Source: the human T2T-CHM13v2.0 reference genome, Homo sapiens. From it: DNA of 64,000 nucleotides. The stretch lies in NCBI RefSeq assembly GCF_009914755.1, contig NC_060928.1, one strand, 5' to 3'. Shown in pieces: positions 48,831-62,120 of this stretch; the stretch's first letter is position 1; each line of letters starts with the position of its first letter. The position numbers and the translations under genes are program-made. The notes beneath the pieces are model-generated. The model made no database searches, was not told the origin of the DNA, and saw nothing but the letters and a program-made list of their open reading frames with translations.

Positions 48831-49686
48831 GAAGAACCAAAACTCTACACACTATTTTAGTGTGTTAGTCTGAGAAAAACCTGGAGGTTATCTGACAAAT
48901 TACAAGTAATTTTTGTTTTATATTTTTATTTGTCTAGAGTCACCAAGTAGCATCACGAGGAACCCACATTTAGAAAGGCAGTGATAAATTTGTAAAACTT
49001 TCCATCAATGAAATCCTCAGAACTTTCAAAACTTACATTATTGAGCAAGATTTAATATAAATCACAGAAATACAGTAAATAAGTATATTTTCAACAAAAA
49101 CACTAAATGTAGGTAAATTTTTGTTCAATTTCTGTGTTATAATAATAGAAGCGGTTTAATCCCTCAATACAAAAGTCTACCTGAGACACGGGGAACACAC
49201 AGTTAAGCCTAGGATTTCTGCCAGACCTTTCTTTAAGCATAGCTACAGAAACAAGTGGTGTTCATCAATACTGTTGAAGGATCTGACTTTTAGGCTATGA
49301 TGAAGACCAGTTCATCCATTAAATAGAAATGGCTTTATTTTTCATGATTTAAAAAAAAATTATATCCCATCTTTGCCATTCTCCCAGTTCCCATCAGTTA
49401 ATTTTCCTCTCTGTGGCCACATCACGACTCAGCTGAAAACACCTGGCCACACCTAAGTGATAAAGGCTCAAACCAGGGAGCCTGGCCATCCTCGACTCGG
49501 CCCCTACAGACTCCTCTGACCACCCTGGGCACCAGACACTTACCTTTGACATTCCGGTAACACCAACTGCACAGCAGCATAACCAGATACTGTCCTCTCC
49601 AAACCCGTGGGCACCTGGGGTCCCCCACTTCCAACCTATCATTTCCTCCCCTTGTTCCCTCACCGTTTTCTTCACAGTTATATTTT

Positions 49687-50005
49687 TCTTTCTTTCTTTT
49701 TTTTTTTTTTTTTTTTTTTGAGACAGAGTCTCACTCTGTCACCCAGGCTGAAGTGCAGTGGCACGATCTTCACTCACTGCAACCTCCGCCTCCCGGGTTC
49801 AAGCGATTCTCCTGCCTGCCTCAGTCTCCCTAGTAGCTGGGATTACAGGTGCAAGCCACCACATCCAGCTAATATTCTGTATTTTTAGTAGAGATGGGGT
49901 TTCATCATGTTGGTCAGGCTGGTCTCGAACTCCCGGTCTCAAGTGATCCGCCCATCTCAACCTCCCAAAGTACTGCGATTACAGGTGTAAGCCACTGCGC
50001 CCGCC
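49687..50005 (-). mobile_element. AluS within L2 sequence
   Basis: Reverse Alu; TSD cacagt(t/g)at(a/c)ttttt. Confidence 0.93.
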
Positions 50006-50230
50006 CCACAGTGATCTTTTTCCTCTTTCCAGAATTGGCTCAGGATCCTCAATCCCACTAGGATTGAGGGAGAAGGAGGCCCTGGTTGCCCTCCTCTGGG
50101 TTTCTTTTGCTACATGTGCACCCTGGTAATAGAGCATTGACCATACTGTTCTGAGACTTAGTCATGAATTTTTCTCCCCAAATATCTGTAATTTCCTGGA
50201 GAAGAAAGACCATGTTTTTATTTGTATTCT

Positions 50231-50668
50231 GTCATGAGCTGGACAGTGTTTCATAGAAAGAAATGTCCAAGTCCTGACCTTTTAACGTGATCTTACTTGT
50301 AAACAGGGTCTTTGCAGATGTATTTAATTAAAGGATCTTGGGATGAGATCATCCTGGACCTAGGGTGGACCCTAAATTCAGTAACTGGTATCCTTATAAG
50401 AGAAAGGAGAGGACTTGAGACACACAGACACACAGGGAGAAGGCCAATGGAAGGCAGATGCGGAGACTTAAGTGATGCTGCCCCAAGCCAAGGAAAACCA
50501 GAAGATGAGAGACGCAAGCATGAATTCTTCCTAAAGTCCTCAGAGAGAGCATGGCCCTGCTAATAGATTGATTTGGGGTTTGTGGCCTCCAGAACTATGA
50601 GCGAATAAATTTGTTGTTTCAAGCCACCAAGCCTGTAGTAATCTGCAGCAGCCCTAGGCACTAACACA
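50231..50668 (+). mobile_element. MLT1B/C LTR
   Basis: agggtctttgcagatgta...ccttataagaga...ggcctccagaactatgag...aataaatt...gcagccctagg. Confidence 0.82.
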
Positions 50669-50946
50669 CAGTCCAAACTTCAACACGCTACCTACTACCT
50701 AGAGGCCACTCAACAAAAACTGCTCAACTAAGATGAAGGCAAGGTGAGGAATGAGAAAGCATCTGAACTGCAGGACAGGAATCTGGGACGTGGACTCTGA
50801 TGCTACTATGAGAATTCTGGTGAGCAAGTCCCTTATCTACAGTAACTCTAACTCTTTCCCCAGTAAAATGAGGAAACTGGCCCATAAGACCCCTCTACAG
50901 GGGGCCTCATATACCTTGAACCCTCTTCAGCCAGAACAACTTTCCT

Positions 50947-51742
<796 letters not shown>

Positions 51743-53331
51743 TAGTTTAATTGGTAATATGCTGAAAATCAATTTACCACCATATCCCCTATTTTTTTCT
51801 GCAACGCAAAATCAACAATTTACTAGTAGTTGACCTAATCCAGCTGAAATTGTGGACACTTTTAGGTCAGAAAAACTGGACCTAAACATGAGTCAACGTA
51901 AATGTCACTCATTGACCCAAAACCTAAATGTTTATAACATAACTGCATGATGACTAATTTTTGCAGAGTAACAAAGAAAATCTCCTCCAACATTGGGATT
52001 TTCTCCATTTGGACTGTAATTAAAGTCCCATACCGAAAATTTCCACTTCAAAGAATCTGACTAAGAAATAAATAAATATAACTGCTGCCACCACCACATG
52101 GTAACGTGTTAGTAACGGAGTCAAATAAAACAAAAACTCTTTCATCCATCTTCATGCCTCCATAAATAGACACATAGACACAATTTTCATGGTTAAACGT
52201 TTCCTAATTCAAAAAATGGAAATGAAGGTAAACAAAAGTGTTAGTAATGAAATGTATACCTGGCCTACCTGTGTATACTCCTGCTGAATTTGGGTTACAT
52301 TTAAAACCATACTTTAAGTGTTTTCATAGATCATGCTGCGGTCCTTGCATTCATGTTTGTATAGTGGCTGCCTTGATTCTTTTTTTAGGAAACCAACCAA
52401 AACAACATAGAGGAACCCCGAGCCAAGGGACTCACATTTCAGTTGAACAAAATACCCATGAGAAACACTTAGACTCAAAACTTTCCAAACCAATTCATCC
52501 TTCTGAAAACAAACTCGACAGTCACTGGGGCCAACTGTTCAGCTAGAATTGGCAAAACTACGTTTGCAAAACTGAACCGTGAATCCCAGCACAAGTGAGT
52601 TACCAAAATTTTTCCTTCCAGGTGGAAACTCAATCCGAAAATCAAAAATCCCTCGAGTTGGAAGGCTCAATAAACCCACGGTTTTCAGTTCCAATGTTCC
52701 TGGCTTTTAAATATAAGCCCTCACAGACACGAAAACGGGACTGCAAGGTACATAAACAGATTGATCTGAAATGTTTCCAGCCCTTAATAACAACTCTATC
52801 TTAAAAGGTGCTCTTTAACTGTAATAAAACTAAGATAGCAAAAGGCAAAGGAAGCGTCTTGGGGTTTGGGCTCGCACACAGTCCTTGTGTTTTGCAAACT
52901 CTACCACGTAAGTGTAACTTAATTTGCAAAGCAGCAGAAGGACTGGCGCTTGCAATCAAGCATTGTGTTTTCTGGAAACCCAAGCCCAGGATGAATGAGC
53001 TTTAACTCTGTTGACTGCGTGTTTACTTGCATCCTCACGTGGCACCGCGCAGCCCAAAAGCGCTGCGCCGGGGACAGCGCGGGGAGCGCCTGAGAACCCG
53101 AAAACTTTACTTTGCAAACTAGTGGAGCTGGGAGGCAGCTCGGACGCAGATTCCCTTGCCTTTCCCTGAACTGCACCCATGCCAAGCACACGAGGTCTTT
53201 CCTAGCACCGCCCCCTGCCTACAGCTCCACACAAAGGCGCGTGGGTGCCGGCTGGACCCTGCTCCAAAGTTGAGCGGAGAGATAAGAAAGAGCCGAGCGG
53301 GAGAGGACCCAGCGTCGCGGGAGATACTCAC

Positions 53332-53588
53332 AGGGTGACCGTGCGGTTGGGCAGAGTATCTGGGGGCAGGACCTGCGCGAGTTCCAGGCTGCTGCACACC
53401 ACCTTGCCCTCGGCGGCGCCCGCCGCCCTGCCAGCCCCTCGGGGCCGCCCATCGTGCTTGCAGCCGGCGGGCAGCGCCGCGGCGCCGCCGCCGCCGCCGC
53501 CTCCCAGCAGCGCGAGCAGCGCTAACAGCGAGAGCGGCAGCAACAGCGGCGGCTGCGCGCGGCCCCGCCGGCGTCCGGGTGGCTCCAT
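53332..53588 (-). CDS. ADGRA3: ADGRA3 (GPR125) coding exon 1: signal peptide, poly-Gly linker, LRR N-terminal cap
   Basis: Translates MEPPGRRRGRAQPPLLLPLSLLALLALLGGGGGGGAAALPAGCKHDGRPRG...KVVCSSLELAQVLPPDTLPNRTVT(L), which I recognise as the ADGRA3 N-terminus. Strong Kozak (gcagcATGG). Ends at donor CCT|GTGAGT (GT at 53331-53330). 257 nt, phase 2. Confidence 0.97.
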
Positions 53589-53630
53589 GCTGCGGGCCGG
53601 GGCCTGCGGGGCGAGCGGCGGCGCACTGGC

Positions 53631-53735
53631 CTAGCGGGCCGCCCCGGAGCCCGGGCGGGCAGGAGCGCGGCGCGGGCCCAGCGGCGACCGGAGCCTTATG
53701 GCGGCCGGAGGACGGGCCTTCCCCGGCGCGGACAT
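53631..53735 (-). promoter_or_regulatory. Upstream ORF (34 aa, MSAPGKARPPAAIRLRSPLGPRRAPARPGSGAAR) in frame with the ADGRA3 CDS
   Basis: ATG at 53735 (ggagcATGT, A at -3) and TAG at 53633-53631. It lies 147 nt upstream of the main ATG. Confidence 0.6.
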
Positions 53736-53832
53736 GCTCCTTTGTCCGCTGCGGCTGCGCTGGGCCTCTAGGGAGCCGGGGGTCACGGCCGCATGGGTCC
53801 CAGCGCCGCTCTACCGCCCGGCGCGAGCACCG

Positions 53833-53867
53833 CCTCCTCCTCCTCCTCTGCCGCCGCCGCCGCCGCC
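53833..53867. repeat. (CCT)5-CT-(GCC)6 compound trinucleotide repeat, i.e. (GGC)6 on the ADGRA3 strand
   Basis: Read directly at 53833-53867. Confidence 0.9.
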
Positions 53868-54120
53868 ACTGCCTCCTCCCCTGGCCAGGACCCGCGCGCG
53901 GCGGCTCCTCCCCGCCCGCCGCCGCCGGCCGCCCCCGCCCCTTCCCCTCCTCTTTCCCGGCTCTCCTGCTCTCCCCGTGTCTGCAGCTGCCCGGGACCTC
54001 GGGGAGGAGGCGCGCGCTCCCGGGACCTGCCGAGCCCGACTCCGACCCGGTGCGCGCCCGGGCCTCGGCCTCCGGGCAGGAGTTGTGGGGAGCCCGCGGG
54101 AAGGCAGTAACTCGTAGAGA

Positions 54121-54164
54121 GAACGGAGGAAAGTTCGAGTCCGAACGGAGGAAAGTTCGAGTCC
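54121..54164. repeat. Perfect 22-bp tandem duplication GAACGGAGGAAAGTTCGAGTCC x2
   Basis: Identical units at 54121-54142 and 54143-54164. Confidence 0.95.
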
Positions 54165-54319
54165 AAACTCCACCCGCGGTGGCCACTCTCCTGCTCGTTT
54201 CCCTTCGCCGCCACCGCGCTCGCACCGCGGGCACAGGACAAAGCAGTCTTGTGCGCTCCTGGAGACTGCCCATGTGGCCCAAGGAGCCTGGCCCGGAGGA
54301 TGGAGTAGGGACGAGAGTA

Positions 54320-54330
54320 GGGAATTTCCC
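54320..54330. promoter_or_regulatory. Canonical NF-kB motif GGGAATTTCCC upstream of ADGRA3
   Basis: Exact match to GGGRNWYYCC, at the edge of the CpG island. Confidence 0.5.
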
Positions 54331-55433
54331 TGACCAACCCTATGGGAAAAGTACCCAAAACCAAGTGTTTCGGAAGGAATCGCCTTCTCACCTCATTATG
54401 GTAGTCTTATTTGTCCCAAATACACTGGAGCCAGTAAACAGGTTCCTCTTCAATACAGTGAACAATCTGAAGCTGTTTCTGGCCTTCAGCAACAACAGCG
54501 ATGGTCTCTAAAGGATGCATCTGGACCTCACTAGAAAGGCAGCCTTTTGAAAGAAATTCGACAGGCAAAGATACTTGAGATGTTCACCAGTTCGAGCAAT
54601 AATGAGCAAACCCTCCAAGAAACCCCAACAGAATTGATTACTCTGACTTCCAGCCTCGCCCTAACATTTGCAAGCCCAGGGCTTACCTACCCTATGTTTA
54701 AAATTTTACAAGGACTATATCATGCTAATAAAATATATTCTGTGCTCCTGCCTTGAGAAATTACCTTCATAACAACCTGGAAGGTTTGTAAGCAGGATTC
54801 TCAGACACCTTGGAGTTTCTCCCTGAAACATGGCAGGTGGGAAAGAGTCAGATCCAAACCTTTGGCCTGTACACCTTCACCGTCTTTGCTTCCTGTGCCC
54901 AGCTATCTTCAAGGACAAGAGGGGATTTTTTGTACCTGTGTGTGAACACCGCAGCCCACAAAACCAAGTTCTGTTCACACTTTCTAACAGCCACCCTCTG
55001 TCTGCGTCTGGATCTGAGGTGTGCCTATACCAGTTGTTGGGTCCTTCATTGGGAGGACAGTTCTCAGAAGAAGCTAGCTCAGGGCCAAGAAGTGGCTTTG
55101 GTAATACCAGTCAGGGAATTCCAGGGTCCTGGGTCTTGGGGACATAGTGGGTACCCAGGCTTTGGGTGCTGGCCTGGAGATTTTTCACCCCATAAGAAGA
55201 GTCAGGTTGGTGTCCTCTAAAATGGAGGGCCTAGAACACGGTTTTTCTTGCTGGGGTCTAAGGACACTACTGCCTCTGGCCCCTACAAAATTTATCTTAG
55301 GGACCAATTTGCAGGAATCTGTTTATCTGGCTAGAGCTTTCTCAATGGGAAGTAAATAAATGGTCTCCATTTATCATTTATCAGTGTTGTATTAAATTTG
55401 AATAGCAGTTCATTTGACCAACCCAACCATGTC

Positions 55434-55630
55434 CAGTGCTGTCTAATAATACATTCTGTGATTGTATAGCTGTTCTAGTTCTTTGCTGTCTAACATGGTG
55501 GCCAACTGTGGCTACATAGTGTGTGGAATGTAGATAGTGTGCAATAAGAATTAAATTTTTCATTTCATTTTAATTAATTTACATTTGAATTTAAATGCCC
55601 AGTGGCTACCCTGTTGGTGTTGAACAACAT
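55434..55630. mobile_element. MER3/MER33-like hAT element
   Basis: cagtgctgtctaata...ttttaattaattta...cagtggctacc. Confidence 0.65.
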
Positions 55631-56282
55631 AAGCCCAGACACTATGATGGGAAGAAAAAGTGGGAGATTATCTGCACCATTAAGTGACTTCGGATCTATA
55701 AATAACCTTAGCAGGCACACTGGTGCCTCTGTGTTAAGGTGGGTGAAATGGATCACATTTCTCTTGAATTTATCTGAAGAATTATTATTCCCTAACAAAA
55801 TAATGATCTGTTTTTTGATTAAGATAAAACCTTACTACAGATTGAGCATTGAGCATCCCTAATCCAAAAATCCAAAACCTGAAATGCTCCAAAATCCAAA
55901 ACTTTTTGAGTTCCGACTAGTAATACCTCAAGTGCAAAATTCCACACCTGGTCACATGTGATGGGTCACCATCAAAATGCAGACACACTATGCAGTTTAC
56001 TAGCATCCCCAAGGGAAAAAAGCCCCTCCCAGCCCTTTTCTGCTGCTATATATCTTTTCAGGGCATGCCTAAATTCCCCCATGCAAGCGTGCCCCCCAAA
56101 GGTAATCAAATGGCATGCATGCAGGCTGGATTTGCCAACGACAAGTTCCCCACAATGCCCACACTGGGACTTCATCTACGTGCATTACTCACTGTGGGTT
56201 TGCTTTTTTGTTGTTTTTTGGTTTTTGTTTTCCTTTTCTTTGCTCTGTGGTGTAAAGCTATTGTTAGTATAAAGAAATATCA

Positions 56283-56615
<333 letters not shown>

Positions 56616-56629
56616 TTAATCTGTGGTTA

Positions 56630-58560
<1,931 letters not shown>

Positions 58561-59162
58561 AAAGGCATCCAGCTGAATGCCTCAGAGGACCCACTTTCTA
58601 GTCCTTCAACTATTTCTAAGATTTCTTCTTATCTAAAAAAATAAAATACAGTGTACAGTAACTATATAATTAAAACACAGCATCATAGGTGGAGACTGAA
58701 CACTGCTATTGCTTGTTGTTGTTATTCTTTAACAGCTGATGGAGGTATTCTGGGGGTGCTACTCTGCTGCTTAGTTACCCCGAACACTTTATTTTTTCAC
58801 TGCATTAATGGTATGTCATGTTTTCTACTGTTAAGTACTTATGTGTGAATAAATGTAAGAAAATGATTATTTATCAGTGGCATATACATTCAGAGTCAGG
58901 AATGATGGTGATGCCAAACAACCACAGATTATCCACGTGGGTGGCTGAGCCAGGGACACCTTTGCTCTTTGATGGTTTGATAGACACAAACTTTGTTTCC
59001 TGCATAAAATTATTTAAAATATTGTATAAAATTACCTTCAGGCTATGTGAATAAGGTATACATGAAACATAAATAAATTTTGTTTTTAGACCTGGGTCCC
59101 ATCCCCAGAATATCTCATTATATATATGCAAATATTCCAAAATCCAACATAAAAACACTTCT

Positions 59163-59330
59163 GGCCAGCTATGGTGGCTCATTTCTGTAATCCCAGCACT
59201 TTGGGAGGTCAAGGTAGGAGGAGCTCTTGAGGCCAGGAGTTCAAGGCTGCAATGAGCTATGACATCACCACTGTACTCCAGCCTGGTGAAAAAGCAAGAC
59301 CATGTCTCAAAAACAAAACAAAACAAAACA
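59163..59330 (+). mobile_element. Alu monomer (FAM/FRAM-like) in the Tigger4 3' end
   Basis: Single-arm Alu with (CAAAA)n tail. Confidence 0.8.
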
Positions 59331-60858
59331 AAACTTTTGATCCCAAGAATTTGAGATAAGGTGTGCAACCTATATAGCAATATATAGTTTTTAATAACCA
59401 TAAAAACCATTTATATTGATGTAGCCAGAAATAGTCATGTGAAGTTAAAGTATGGGAATATTTTGAAGTCTATATTTGAAGTAAGTTAATGTGTCTATTT
59501 TGAAATGTTTACCACTAATACTAATATCAATTTGGTATATATCCTCTTTTTACTTCATTGTAATTGAAAAAGTTATTAAAAAGTACAGAATTTTCAGAAA
59601 AAAAGAGATATCCAAGTGGTACCATGAATCCAGGGATTAATATGGAGAAAATGTTTTTTATTATAGGGATAATTTCAGCCACTGTTGCACAGAAATCACT
59701 CATACTATCTTTGAAAAAAACAAAAGGTCTTTATAGATCATATACACTAGTATATTAAAGCTGGAACTAACTTGAGAAAGTATATTTTTCAGCACTGTAG
59801 TCATTCAAATGCCCAGAACCCTGAGTTATTATTATATCCCAGCGTGGGTTTATGAGGACATGACAAATAATCCTTTCTACACTTACAAAGGTCTCAGAGG
59901 ATGACACTTTCTGAAACTGTCTCTTACCCCTCAGTCACACCAACATCTAAGCTTGAATTAAGCTACCCTAGCCCAGACAGCCTCTTGCCAAACAGGTCTA
60001 TCTACTGGTGATCCTCCCTCAGGCCTCAAGAGCATCACACCATTTGCAGCTGAAGAAATTAATAGGTCCTTTGAAAGTTCTCACTGTGTTTGTAATTGTT
60101 CTACTTTAGAATGTGCTATAGAAATCACTTGTTAACCATACTCAGGCATATATTGTCCAGCAGAACTGTATTGCATCAACTGTTGCTTTAAGGATGGTAG
60201 ATGGACCACATTCCAATGATTCTGTGCGGTGAATCCTGTCTTGCTGTGTTATGTAAGGCTCGTAGGAGAGTCAAGAGAAATACACAAATATGCTTTGTTT
60301 TTCTTCTTAATAGAGAAACTGTATTAACTCTGTGTAGGTATGTGTGTAAATATATATATTTATATGTGTAAACAATGAGTATGTATATATGTAAGTATAC
60401 ATGTTTATATAAAATATATGTGTATCCAGATGTATCATTAACGATTTTTTTCACGTCTGTCTTTCTTCTCTACCAGACTATGAGCTTCTGAGAGCTTTTC
60501 TTTACCTGCTTCTTAAATCACTCCGTCCCACCTTCCATTATTCCCTATTACATTACTCTAGAATCTAGACTTATTATCTAGATGGAATCTTGATAATCTT
60601 CACAGCTTGTCCAAACCTGCACATAGCTTATTTTCTAATTTGTTTACATTTTTATGTTGTTAGCCTCCCCCACTAATATCAGCTCTATGATGCTCTTATT
60701 TACTTTTTATGACACACACTGTTGGTAGCTGCCACAGAGTCATTCTCAAACTTTTTCTCACTTAGAGCTGGGTAATCACTTTCCCACCTTCTGTTAGTGG
60801 TCATATGGCCCAGTTGTAGCCAAGAAGAATTAAAGGCTATGCTGTTCAATATGGTAGA

Positions 60859-61237
60859 TGTGAACCCGGAATATCTGAGACAGGTCTCAGTTAATTTAGA
60901 AAGTTTATTTTGCCAAGGTTGAGGACATGTGCCTGTGACACAGCCTCAGGAGGTCCTGACGACACGTGCCCAAGGTGGTCGGGGCACAGCTTGGTTTTAC
61001 ACATTTTAAGCAGGGAGGGGGTTTCCAGGTCACAGGTAGGTGAGAGACAAATGGTTGCATTCTTTTGAGTTTCTGATTAGCGTCTCCAAAGGAGGCAATC
61101 AGGTATGCATTTATCTTGGTGAGCAGAGCGATGACTTTGAATAGACTGGAAGGCAGGTTTGCCCTAAGCGGTTCCCAGCTTGACTTTTCCCTTTAGCTTA
61201 GTGATTCTGGGGTCCCAAGATTTATTTTCCTTTCACA
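60859..61237 (-). mobile_element. MER4A1-like ERV1 solo LTR
   Basis: tgtgaacc...tctgagacaggtctcagttaatttagaaagtttattttgcc...ttttcctttcaca; TSD taga/tagc. Confidence 0.82.
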
Positions 61238-61269
61238 TAGCCTCTAGACACATGTAGGTAACTAAATTT

Positions 61270-61562
61270 ATTTATGTATTTATTTTTTGAGACAGGATCT
61301 CGATCTGTCACCCTGGCCAGAGTGAAGTGGTGGGATCATAACTCACTGTGGTCTCAAACTCCTGGGCTCAAGCAATCCTCTCGCCTCAACCTGCTGAGTA
61401 GCTAGGAAAATGGGCACACGCCACCATGACCAGCTAACTCTTTTTTTTAAGGGATGGGGGTCTTACGTTGCCCAGGATGGTCTCAAACTCCTGAACTCAA
61501 GCAATCCTCCTGCATTGGCCTTCCAAAGTGCTGGGATTACAGGCTTAAGCCACTCTGCCTAG
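61270..61562 (-). mobile_element. AluJ
   Basis: Reverse Alu with J diagnostics. Confidence 0.88.
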
Positions 61563-61610
61563 GTATAAATTTTAATTTTAATTAATTAAAGTGAAATGAA
61601 ATAAAACTAA

Positions 61611-61923
<313 letters not shown>

Positions 61924-62094
61924 ACATTCAGTTCTTTAGGCAGTCTAGCCATACTCAAGTGCTCACAAGCTACATGCCACTGGTGGATACCATTTTTGAT
62001 AACACAGACTATAGCATAGTTCCAACGTCTTAGAAAGTTATTCTGGTTGACACCAATGTGAGGGGAAGTTGACTGAGAAGCTGCAGGATGGAGT

Positions 62095-62120
62095 GGTGTG
62101 TGTTTGTGTGTGTGTGTGTG
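62095..62120. repeat. (TG)n microsatellite
   Basis: Read directly. Confidence 0.85.

Larger units (their letters stand above)
53030..54260. promoter_or_regulatory. CpG island / TATA-less promoter and 5' leader of ADGRA3, with GC boxes
   Basis: Very high GC and CpG density against a CpG-depleted background. GGGCGG boxes near 53910-53941 (minus strand). Overlaps exon 1. The TSS cannot be fixed from sequence alone. Confidence 0.92.

Noticed and set aside
54090-54170. Possible tRNA or Pol III gene around GTTCGAGTCC
   Set aside because: No cloverleaf, convincing A-box or T-run terminator; kept only as a B-box-like motif.
53119-54511. Long ORFs of 387 aa (-), 310 aa (+) and 202 aa (-) over the CpG island
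   Set aside because: Ala/Arg/Gly/Pro-rich low-complexity translations, expected from stop-codon scarcity in GC-rich DNA. No domain is recognisable and they are off-frame or antisense to the true exon.
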